A DNA stretch of 64,000 nt from Callorhinchus milii (taxonomy: Eukaryota): NCBI RefSeq assembly GCF_018977255.1, contig NW_024704742.1, positions 37,202,001-37,266,000 on the forward strand, in the 5' to 3' direction. Made by a program: the position numbers and the translations under genes. Positions 26,101-38,100 of this stretch are shown here, piece by piece (position 1 is the first letter of the stretch; the number at the start of each line of letters is the position of its first letter). A model generated the notes under the pieces. That model did not search any database. It was not told the DNA's origin and saw only the letters and a program-made list of their open reading frames with translations.

Positions 26101-29100
26101 GCAGTGACAAAACCCCTGTGATATTATTGGGCTAAAATAAGATAAGTAAAATAAAATCATTAGGAACCGTCTTCTAGCACTTTATATGCATAAGAAAGTA
26201 TTTTAATCCTGTTCATCTCTGCTTCTTTGTTTACCTGTATTTTGTTTTGTTCAAGTACTTTCAGTCCAAAGAAGTCCCAGGCTGTCTTTCACAGAAGCCC
26301 TGGGCGAAGAAATACTACATCTGACTCCTCATCCACTGAAGACTCCAATCAGGCATATGTGGGAGGTCAGTCACAGGCAGCTCCTGGAAATGTTACTTAT
26401 ATTTATATATGAAATATTGTACTTGCCATTCATAGGGATTTACTTTTAATGCATAGTTTTAGAGATCTGCTGCATGTTTCAGTTCCCAGTAAGATTCCGC
26501 CTTGATTATAAACTTTTCCTTTTTTTGTACAGTTCAGATGGCTTTTTGATCAACAACTTGAATTTTTTTAGTTATCCTGGTGATTAGAATAATCAATATT
26601 GATAATCTGTCTCACTGATTAGGTATTAAGTTTTGCTTTGTATACACCTGGTGAATTATCGAGGCAACAGTGTAGGCGAAATAAAGGTTTATAGTCAGCC
26701 AATAGATGAACATGGCAGACATTGCTCTAACTTTACCTTGTGCTCATTCTTCAAGTGAAATAACTTTTATAACCCAATTATAATTTTTTTTTACTAATGA
26801 GCTTTGTAAAGTCTGGTCTCTTGGTACAGTATCCAGAGAGTTTTCTGTTTTTGAAAGAAAATGATAGCAACTAGAAAGTACTCTGCTGTGTAAAATAGAG
26901 CAACATGAAGAAAAGCTTCCTGGACTCTGAAAAAGTGCGTCTATAAGATTAAAGGGAATCTAAACTCCAGCATTGAATCATTCCTGGTACATTGCGTTTT
27001 CTCCATTTATCTAAAAGGGAGTGATTCTTATTGTCCTATCAAAGCACTCTGCTCACTTATTAGGTAATTTTAGTATGCTTTTTCGCACTCAGAACTGTGT
27101 GATGTAATCAATGACTTCTACGTCTATATAAAGCCTACTCTTATGGTGTTGGTATAGTTAAAATTGTGTTACATGAGAAGGCGTGTTGTGTGCAATCAGA
27201 CCTTCTGTAGAGATACAGTTTACCCATAATTCACAATGAGAATGCAAGAATATATATCACAGAATAATATCACTGCACTCAAATGGTCCAGATGAGTGAG
27301 CAGAGTTCTCTGACCAAAGTAATGACAAGCAGTTGAGAATTATTATCAAATAGCGAAAAGAAAAAGAAATGTAATGAATGATGAAACATTTGGGATAAAA
27401 CTCCTCTTAAACCTGATGTGATGGATCTCCGAGCCTCATTAGTTACTAAATTCTCACAGTAAATTAGACAGTAGTTAAATTAGGAGTAGGCTGATAGCAG
27501 AGATAGGGTGTGAACTGTTTCCTTGTCTTCTTAAGACCAATAAAAACATTTTCCTGTGCATCTGTTCTAAAACTGTAATAGAAGTGAGAGCATCTGGAAG
27601 TATTTGGTCTCTCTGTTTCTCTCTGAGCATGATGGGTCTGCGAACAATTTGATAAAAGGTTCCCAGCAAAATTATTAGGTTAAATCATTTCAATATTCAA
27701 GCAATTGTGTGGCTTACATTTGACAATGATTGTGAACTTTTAAAATGATTAGCTTTTATATTGCATAATTGTATGTTTTTGTTATCAGGACTTAGCATGC
27801 ACAGTTCTGGCACCCCATCAACCCCTGCTACCTTTACAGCCAATGGTAGGCAGAGCGAGCTGACTTTACAAGTATCTTCACTGTCTAAAGTCTTGGTGTG
27901 ACTTTGCAACATCAACTTCTATAACCCCTCTGCTTTTTCTACCTCTATCACTCTCTCTGTTTCTTTCCGTTTCCTTGTCGTCTAAACAGAAACCTGTTGC
28001 AGGTAATGTTTGCGTCTTTTATTTTCCTTTCACTGATTCTGTTTACTTTTAAATCTTTTTTATTTATTATATATAATATATATAACATATATAATAGTGA
28101 TAACCCCAGGACATAAAAAAAGAAAATATAAACATAGAAAATATGAAGCATTGATTTCATCCATCCCTATTCTGAGAAAGGGTTTGTTTTTCTTGTTCAT
28201 TTGACTTTTCCAGTAACAACCAGTAAGTGTTTAGAAATGCCTCGAGTTGTCGGATTTTGGTAAATAATCCATAAAAAACTAAGCCGCATAGAACATCTGA
28301 CCAGATCTGATCAGCATTCAGTGCAGGCTGGAAGTTATGTGTAAAGTGCTTGCCAGCACTTTTTCTTGCTTCTTTTAAGCACAAGTGTTTTTCTTAAAAG
28401 AAGCAAGAAAAAAGTGCTGGCAGAGCACCACAGCTTTTAACAGTCACTGTTATACTGTATCAAGTTAATCAGAGGATAAAAGGGATTGAGAGGGGGAAAA
28501 CTTGAGATTTAAAATTGCCAGTTGTTTTTTTAATCTAAATACACAATCATTTTGTTTGTATTTTGAATACCAAAATAAGCTTTTTGCCAAGTGAAATGAA
28601 AGATATTCGTATTTACAACAGCAGTTGTGCATCAGCACATTTTCCGTATCACATCACGGCTGGTTTGCAGTGTTCACTATCGGCATTTTTATCATTGCAC
28701 TAATTCGATACAAATGGTAAATTAAGATTGAGAAAATGGCCAACAACTACATATATGTTTGAAGAATCAATCAGGTTGAAAAAGCTTTTGTTGGAGAAAT
28801 GGTTGTGTAACAAGAGTGTGAATGCGCCTTGCCCTAGATAAAGTGCATTGGAACATAAAGTGCATCTTTTCTAAGGTATACCATGTGTATCACTTGTGCA
28901 TACTGGTGAGAACTTGACTGCAGCCCAAGATCTCTTCGGAGGCAAATTCTCATAGGTCAGCATGACATATATAGGGATCCTTGAAGGATTCATACTTTAG
29001 ACTGACGTTTCTCTGACGATCACTTCTTAATTCCACACTTTCCATACTGTTCAGTTTAATAATTATGAATCTAAATTATATAATTAATGGAGCACATTTA

Positions 29101-32100
29101 AGTTGACATGTTTTTGATGTGATGGAACTAATTGGTCAGACTGCAATTTTTGGACATGGTTTGCATTCTGCTTAATAATGCATGGCTAAAGATCATTTGA
29201 TTTACAATGTGGGGGATGGTGAGGTTACTTCAGTATATTAGACCTTCCACACAGTACAGGAGTCAGGTTTACAGGAGTCGAGACACTTCACTTCATGATG
29301 CCACAATCCTTTCAATGCCAGAAATCTTGCACACTTCAAAGAGTTGAGCAAAGTTTGACTTAATATTTAACAATATTTAAGATCTCTTCTACTTAATTAT
29401 TTGATATTTGTCTTCAAGTATATAGCGTGGTGACCTTTTTTTTAAAAGTATGTAGTTTCATAATCCTCCAGCATCGCTGCTATTAAATATAATTGGTTTT
29501 TAATTTTTAATATTTACTTTGGATTTAATTTCAAGCCGGAAAGGGTCAAATTCCTGCATAAAGTATAAACCTCATGTGGGGTTTTACATACTGGTTTTGT
29601 TTCATAAACTGAAACTGCGCAAAACCAAATCCGCAACAAAACGCTCTATAATCCATTAATATTTTTAATAGCCAGTAATTGTTACCAAAGTATTCACTGA
29701 CAATTTGTAAACCTTTCTGTGTAGGCTTTTGTACTTAACAACTGAGGCAGCTTCTTTAGAGTCCCAAATCTCCTGATCAGTAATAGAATTACTGAGTGTT
29801 TTTTTTGTGCTTGCACTGCAAACAGTAATGTCCTTTTGCTCGTTCTAATTTAATAGCTTCTTCCAAGAAAAAAATGAAGCGTTTTGAAACTAGCATATTA
29901 ATCAGCATTTCATGGGTGAATTTGTACATTATAAATCTACTTAGTTCCATTGACAGAAATGTCTGATGTAAACCACAAAAGAGAGTTTTTTGGATTTACA
30001 TTTTTTGTTGCAATAAACTGTAGGTGTACAAAATTTCAAAGTTTTACTCTCTTATATTTGACAGATACTTTTCACCAGAATCTCAATGCTTTCCCTTCAC
30101 CAGAGAAAGAGCTTAGATTTGTGAAGCTGAAGAAGGACATGACTCATGGTTTAGGTATGCTATATCTGCAGGTTTTGTTGCATTGTTAATATGTAATATA
30201 ATGGCAAATTTTACTAAATCTATATTAAATTTGTAACCAAGTTCAAGATGGAATATATGATATAATATTTGTGGTCAATACAAACACAAACAAGTCTGCT
30301 TATCATCACCACGTCAGTTCTGTACTGTGATTAGCTGAATTGCAATTGTACTGCAGTAGAGAGGCGATTATCCATAATAATTGATACAGTCTGATGTGGA
30401 TAAGTAAGCTATGCAGATAATGGGTCATCGTGGAAAACATGCAAATTCGCTATTGCTAACCCAAAATATTATTCCATCAGGAATTATATTGTCACTACTG
30501 TCATTAATACTGTCTCGTGCAGCGTTCCTCAGGGCTTTGTCCTTGGTCCTCTGCTCTTCAATATCTATATCCTCTCTCTTGGTGACATCCGCAGACATGG
30601 GGTCAACTTCCACATGTATGCGGATGATACCCAACTCTACCTCTCTGCCTCCACCTTTGACTCCAGGACCACTGCTGTCATGACAGAATGTCTGTCAGAC
30701 ATCAAGTCCTGGATGAGTGCTAACTTTCTTCAGTTGAACGTCAACAAGACCGAGGCTCTGCTGATTGGCTCCCATCAGCGCCTCCTCACCTCAGGCACTG
30801 ACAGCATCACCATCCATGGTTGCACACTCCATCTTACTAAGCCAGTCCGGAACCTTGAGGTCTTATTTGACCCTCAACTATCCTTTCTATCCCATATCTG
30901 CACGATGACCTGCTCTGCCTTCCCCCACCTCCACAACGTCGCCCAGCTCCGATACTGTCTCACACCGCAGGCCACTGAAACCCTCATACATCCTTTCATT
31001 ACATTGAGGCTCGACTATGCAAACTTATTACTTGTCAGCCTCCCGAACACCTTCCTCCACAGGCTGCAGATCATCCAGAACTCTGCAGCCCATGTCCTCT
31101 CCCGCACTAGGCTCCATGACCCTCTCATCCCTATCCTTGCCTAACTCCCCTGGGTTCCCATTACACAGAGGATACAGTACAAGATCCTGCCCCTCACGTT
31201 CAAAGCCCTTCATGGTCTTGCTCCCCCCTTCCTCTCCGACCTCCTAACCCCCTACCATTCTGTTCGCTCCCCCCACTCAGCAGGCTCTGGCCTGCTTCAC
31301 GTCCCCCGCCTTGCTCGCCCCACTATTGGCAGCCAGGCCTTCTGCCCCTCTGCACCCACCCTCTGGAACTCCATCCCGCAGTCCCTCCATCTCGCCCCCT
31401 CCCTTGCCACTTTCAAGATCCACCTCAAGACCCTCCTCTTCGACCGTGCCTTTGATCTCCCTGCTTCCCCCCCCGCCCTCCACCCTCCCCCACCCCAACC
31501 CTCAGGTCGGGTCTGTAACTCTGTCTGTCCAGCGCCTTGCGACGTGTGTATTTGCACATGAGGTTACTAGGCCCATGAGTTTACAGAGTTTTGAGTCAAT
31601 TTGCACTGAAAGGGAAATGATTAAGCAGAAACTAGTTTAGTGTAACAGGCACATGAGAACTGTGTTGGCAATTAGGTTGATGAACTGAATTACTATTGTT
31701 TCATTTGGAAATAGGTTTTCAGATTGTTGGTGGAGAAAAGCCTGGCAAAGTGGACTGTATGGGATTTAATGTCAATAGCATCACACCAGGAGGACCAGCA
31801 GAGCTTGAGGGGCATATGAAACCAGGTACTGCCTGTATTTTTACAGTGGATAGTGTTTAGTGTTTAGTCAATAATAAAAGAATCCTTTATATATCATCAG
31901 CTTTATGTATAGCAAATGATTCTGCAACTTGTCGGCCATTTGTCCAAAGCTGGGAACATGTAAGTTATTGTGAAGCACCACGCTTACTGCTACTTTTTTA
32001 TGGTGGCACACGACACTATTAACATGACCTAGGCTCTTGATAAAAAGGTACCTTTTTTATTACTTTAGCCGTTACTTTTTAAACAGTTTGACATAGATGT

Positions 32101-35100
32101 GTTTATTAACTATTTCTGTAACATTATAGTAGTACATCACACATTTAAGTTGTAGTTTGTTCAACTGGGAGTATTTGCTCAAATTTCAGAGAGCTAGTTT
32201 CAGAAGAAATTAATTTGAACAGTATGAGAAATAGAGGAGTACTGGATTTTTTTTTAAATTTGGGGATAGCCAAATGAACTAGCATGGTCATATCTTATTT
32301 GTTCCCATGCTTTTTAAAAAATAAAACATCAAAGGGCTGATTATGTCTTGGAGTTCAGAATATTGAAACTTGTCAAAAAGGAAAAAGCATTCAAAATTCA
32401 ACTTTGAAGTTAACAACAATATTCAAACTAAATCAAGATAACATTGCTTTAGTTCTGAAAAAATGGGAGAGTGGTAAAGTGAGGTGGGTATTCTGGAAGG
32501 ATGAGTTTGAACGGGTCAAGGAGCTTTCTTCATCCAATCTCATATGTGAAAAATTTCTCTTCAGCATTTGCTTTAATTGTATGTCAGTGAGGGATACCAT
32601 TCTGTTGAGGGTTGACACTGAGGGATCATAAATCAAGAATGATTTCCGTAACATTTCCACACTTGTTTTACAGTACGAAATGTTCTGTCCTCCAGCAGTT
32701 TCATCCCCTCTTTTGAGTGATGTTCACTAGAAGAGAGGCTTGGCTTTTATAATCGGGGGGGGTTTGTTTCTTTTTTCACCCCTGCAGGTGATCGCCTGAT
32801 ATCTGTGAATGGGGTGAATCTGGAGGGTCTTACCCATGATGCTGCAGTGGAGATTTTGCAAAATGCCCCCGAGGATGTGACCCTGATGATCTCTCAGGCC
32901 AAACTCTCTAGAGGTACTGATTTTCATTCAGGTTTTATACATACAACTGAATAACAAAAATCTAAGCGTAAAACCTAGATATGGTGCTGAATTGGTTTAC
33001 ACCAAACAATTGCATTAGAACATTTAGAACCTCAGCTCCAAACACCTTAACTGATTTGTGCTCAATCTGCATTTCTTGAACTTTAGGGACTTATTCTGCT
33101 TGGAGTTCAGAAGAGAGACAATGCCTTCCAAAGCCTACTCTCCAGGTGCCAATATTGAATGAGTCATTCCCTTGAATCAGTTCCCTGTGGGGAAGGATTC
33201 ATGCTGGGACTCGTTAAAGGTTAGGGTTTGAACTGCTGTCAGTATTGCTTTGCATTTACAGTCAATAGGAGGTTAGGTTTCAATGATAAAAGTTAGCAGA
33301 TGTTGTAGCCTTGAGGTGCAGGTTATTATCTTTAGCTTCTCCCACCATTCACTCACTTATCCTAAAGTAAACCATTCAGTTCCTGCTGGTACGCCCTTAT
33401 CAGGCAAACAATTCTTCTCACCACATGTGGGAATTCAGAGGTGGTTAAATTCTTACAATAGCCATCTTTCAAAATGTCGTTGAACATTCACAATACAATA
33501 CAATGATAGTTACTGAGAAAATCCCATTATGTTGTTCTTCTAGAGGAAGATACCAATCCTGTATGGAAATGTTCTGTATTAGCAACGGCTTATGATCACC
33601 TCCTTTCCCCCCCCCCCTCCCCACTGGGTTTCAGGCTCAGGTTGTTAAACACTCTGAGACACTGCCCCGCATGAGGGGCGCTATATAAATGTAAGTTGTT
33701 GTACTTCCTCAGAAAGGAGGAGAGGGAACGTAGAACTTCTGTTTCAAGCTAAGATAGCTCCAAGGTGACGTGCTTGGCAGTGGAATATCGGAATTGAATC
33801 AACTCTCTGTGGCAGTCTCAGTAGTCTGGTTTTTCAATCAGACCCAGTTTAAACACGTATCTGACCCAAAAATATAGAAACAGAGGAGCTGTTCAATGCA
33901 TTATTTTCTGAAATTTCATTTAAAACAAGGATCATCAAATGCCCCATTCAAATATAGCAACCTAATCATCCAAATCAAGATTGGTTCCTTGAAAGTTAAA
34001 TATCTTCTTCAAAACTTTGATCCAGGGGAAGGTTGTACCTGACAGCAATAGATTGGGGGGATTTGTAAAGACAGGAGTAAAAAAAAGTTCCTCCCCCACC
34101 TTTTCTGTTTCAACTATTCTAGTCAAGCAATCCAATGCATAGTTTTCTAGCCATGTTGTCAACCATTTGCTGATCAATGAGGTAATTATTGTGAGCCAGT
34201 CACTGATCAATGAGCTAACCTATTGAAAATTATAAAACCTGTCAGGAAAAGTCAAAGAAGAAAAGTAGTGATGGAAAATTAAAATGGCTCTTTCATTTTT
34301 TTATGTAAGAAAAGGCTATTTGTTAAGTATCTCTTGTAAAGTCCAGAATTGGTACAAATTACACTCCAAAGCTTTTCTGACTCTAGTAAACAAACAAACA
34401 GGATTTCTCAAAGGTCATTTTTAAAATCCAGCCAATTGTTTTAGTCAGGTGTCTGACTTATGTAGAAATTGATTACTATGTTTAAGAGTATCCAAACCAA
34501 ACAGTTTTCCATGTATTCCTCCTACACAGACATTCCTCTGTTTGGAATAAACTGCATGCTCTCTCCCTGGAAGGACACATCCTGCTTACCTAATTTCCAA
34601 TTTTAATTAAGCGCAGGCTAGGAAGAGCCAAGCCCTGGAGACACCAGAGCAGGCTTTGGGGTACTGCTGGAGTCTGGCAAACTTTCTCACTGTTTGAGAA
34701 AGCTTGCCACCATCCAGTTAGGGCTTTGGCTTGTGGAAATAATCCCTGCCCCAGAGATTGGTCTGACCCTCCCGAGTCCCACCAATGAGCCAAGTTGGCT
34801 GTGCTGTCATCAGCAATGCCCTGTAACACTGTGGACCTGCCTGACTCAGGAACTGGACCAGTGTGACCGCCACAGACTCAATTCCGACATTCCATTCTGA
34901 TTGAATATTCTGTGCGAGTGTAACTTATGCTACATATATTCTGCACATTTTGTGTACAGTGCGTGTGAATCACGCTACATTCACTACCCATCCCCCTGGA
35001 GTTGATTCAGTCTCTTAGAACAGAAATTTAATATTTTTTTAAAAAGATTTGATCACCAGAACAGCTTTTTAATGGCAATAGAAATCAATCACCCATTTTT

Positions 35101-38100
35101 GGCATTCTGCAGAATCATCAAGGTAAACATGCAAAGAGCACCAAAATAGAATAGTCAACGCAATGAAAAACAAGCATTATATAGCTTGTCACTGCACTGC
35201 CAGAGCACCTGTATAAATGCAGCATTCAAATCTGCTGTTCATGAAGTATATATCTGGTTCATTTTAAAATGTATTTGTACAGGGTTAAAACTGTTTTGAT
35301 ATAAATCAGAAATTGAAGAGTTGTACCAGAAAATAAAATGTAGAGTAATACTCTGACAAGAAGAATGAACTGCTTTGCTTTACGATTCCGTGTTGAGAAG
35401 CAGAAACCATTTACAAATGATGTTGTAGATTTTGTAGTTGTGCTGCCAAACATTTGTAGGCTTCTACACTGTTACTCTCAACACATTACCATGCACATTG
35501 CAGTATTGTATTTGGAACACATATATCCTATGTGAGTATCCAGACTAAAGTTTTGCACATTGTTTTTTCTATTAGGATAGTATTTACTGATTCTCAGTAA
35601 TGTAGAAGATGGAAGTACATAATATGGCTTGCAGTACAATAAATGACGAGATACATTCATATCCTTGTTACTCATGTGCTCATTGGGTCACAGTAGCAGT
35701 GTCTATACTCTTTATCTTTTCACTTCCTCAAACACTTGTAAAGTCAGGAGATATTACAGATCTTCTTACCTTGAGTCATTTCTGTGTAACATTGACACCT
35801 GCAGCTTTTCTTTTTGGATTCAAGGGGGGAAATAATTCCTTAAAAAACAGTGGTGTGTACTAAATATTTTATAATTATAATCATAATGATCAATTATTAA
35901 TTTTTTATTAAAACGTAGACCTATCCATGACTATTTTGTCTTTCATAAACCAATCTCTGCTTTAGATTGTTCGAGCAGTACATGTGACTGTATTTACTTT
36001 TGTTATCCAGCATCTCCCCCAAATAGAAAAGGAGGACCAAGGAGTCTGTCAAGGAGCCCTGGTCATAGGTTAGGGGGACAGCAATATGAAGGGGAATCAT
36101 CTTCAGAAGAGCACAACCGATCACGAGTTCAGCAAAAGGCATATCCACCAGGAGCATCAGCTGTGGTTGATGGGAAACGAAGAGAAAGTCTGAGCTCTCA
36201 GGACTCAAGAACTGAAAGTGCCGGCCTTTCACAAAATCAACTGAACGGTCTCCAGAGAAACCGAGCACCACAGCACGCTAATTATGAAGTGGTCTCTGTG
36301 CCCACGGCATCAAAACCAGATGTAGTGCATACGATTCTAGATAACGCAAAGTACTTGGGTATGATTAATTCTGAAAAATCTAAAGGAATGGACTGCTCCG
36401 ACCGAGGTGACTCTGACATGGATGAAGCAACATATTCCAGCCTTCAAAAGCGGCAAAGACCTAAAAAAGTAATGGGATTTTCCACCTTTGGCTATAATTT
36501 TAATTTTATGACAGACATTTTAATCTTTATGGGATCTATATATATCATGGTGATTTTATTGTCATGTTAGAAGAGACCAAACAAATAATTTAACTTCAAG
36601 TTCCTTTTTGGTTTTGTTTATTAACCATAATTCCAAGTCAAAATTGCATTATATATATTGTGCCTTTATTATGATTAGGCTTGAGTTTCCCAGTTGTGCA
36701 AAGAACTATTTACATTCAAAACTGACTAGTTCTGACGAGTTCAACCTGAAACAATGACTAATTTTCCTCCCTCCATAGACGTTACCTGGCCTGCTGAGTG
36801 TTCCCAGCGACTTATGTTTTTATTTCAGATTTCCAGCATCTGCAGTATTTTTGTCTTTTGTTTAATATTATTTAGGATGTGCCTCAAGACATTTGATGTT
36901 TTCTTGATGAAGACTTGAGTTTTCAGTGAGAAGTCGAACACAGATTAATCAACAGCCACCCTGAACTAGATTCTCCCAGTTGGCTAGCTCTGATTTTACA
37001 TTTTTCATTTTGGAAGAATCCCACCTGTGTTATCTGTCTAAAGACAAGAGCCTAAATTGTGGATTATTCCCAATTTGTTAGTAGATTCACCAACTATGGT
37101 GCGTGCACTTAAAATGGGAAATACAAACAGTCTGCCAAGGTCAGAAATAATATTTAAACACTAAAGATGGTGTACAGACCAATGGAGTACGACTCCAATT
37201 ATCTTTCCATAGACTATGTTTGTATTGTATATTTAGCCTAATTTGAGGCAACCCAATGCCCCATAACTGTGTGCCTGCTCAGCTGCACCACAGCAGTGAA
37301 TTTGGAGCCCTAAGATTTATAATTGTGCATATATGTATTTTTTGTACATTCTCATTTTGACCAGCAGATTTTCCCCATTCAGACTTTGCTGTAGGATAGC
37401 TCTACACAAGTCTCTATTTTGCTTTGTAATAAATCTGCGAACAGTTGTGCCAGGTATTGGAATATTCCACTCTTAGGCAGTTCAAGCAAGCAGTGCTCAG
37501 AATCTGGCTGAATCTGGGAATTTAGGCTTTGGCAATGTGTTGGAATTTTGGTATGTGACGGCTAGAAGTGATTCCAATTTGCGTCCAATAGTAACTCACA
37601 CTTATTAATCAAAAAAAAATTCTTTTATTATTAAATTATGTTAACAGTTCATTTGTTTGCAGGGCTCCTGAAATCAAAATATTGTATTTTAACGGTAATT
37701 GCTACTTATGCTATATACTGACATCTGTTGCAAAGAACAAGAGCAACATCTAGTTGCGAAAGTCAATACTGCAGTTGCTGTGATTGTTCATCTTCTGGCG
37801 TTTTCTTCCTAGTTTACTTTTACCATGAGCAACAAAAGCAGGAAGATTAGCCCAAGTTTAGTTCTCACTTACCTAACTTCAGCATGATCCCTGACTGGCT
37901 AGGATGAGAAGTGTATTACTGATATAATGTTGCGTATCTTTTCTTGGGAAACTACAGCATTTGCAAAGCAAATTTTGTTCTAACCACTGTAAACAACAGT
38001 GTGCAACAACATGTTAATCAACTGGAGACTGAACTTAATTTATTTTCTGAATAACACTCCTTCAACTAACTTTTACTTTGCTTGCACATAGGACTCTGCG

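Noticed and set aside
27990..28955. 13-nt microexon plus an 80-nt exon (28876-28955) restoring the frame
   Set aside because: The combined frame hits a TGA inside the second piece.
30614..31144. Functional reverse transcriptase gene
   Set aside because: 5'-truncated L2 fragment with an in-frame stop; lacks the endonuclease and N-terminal RT.
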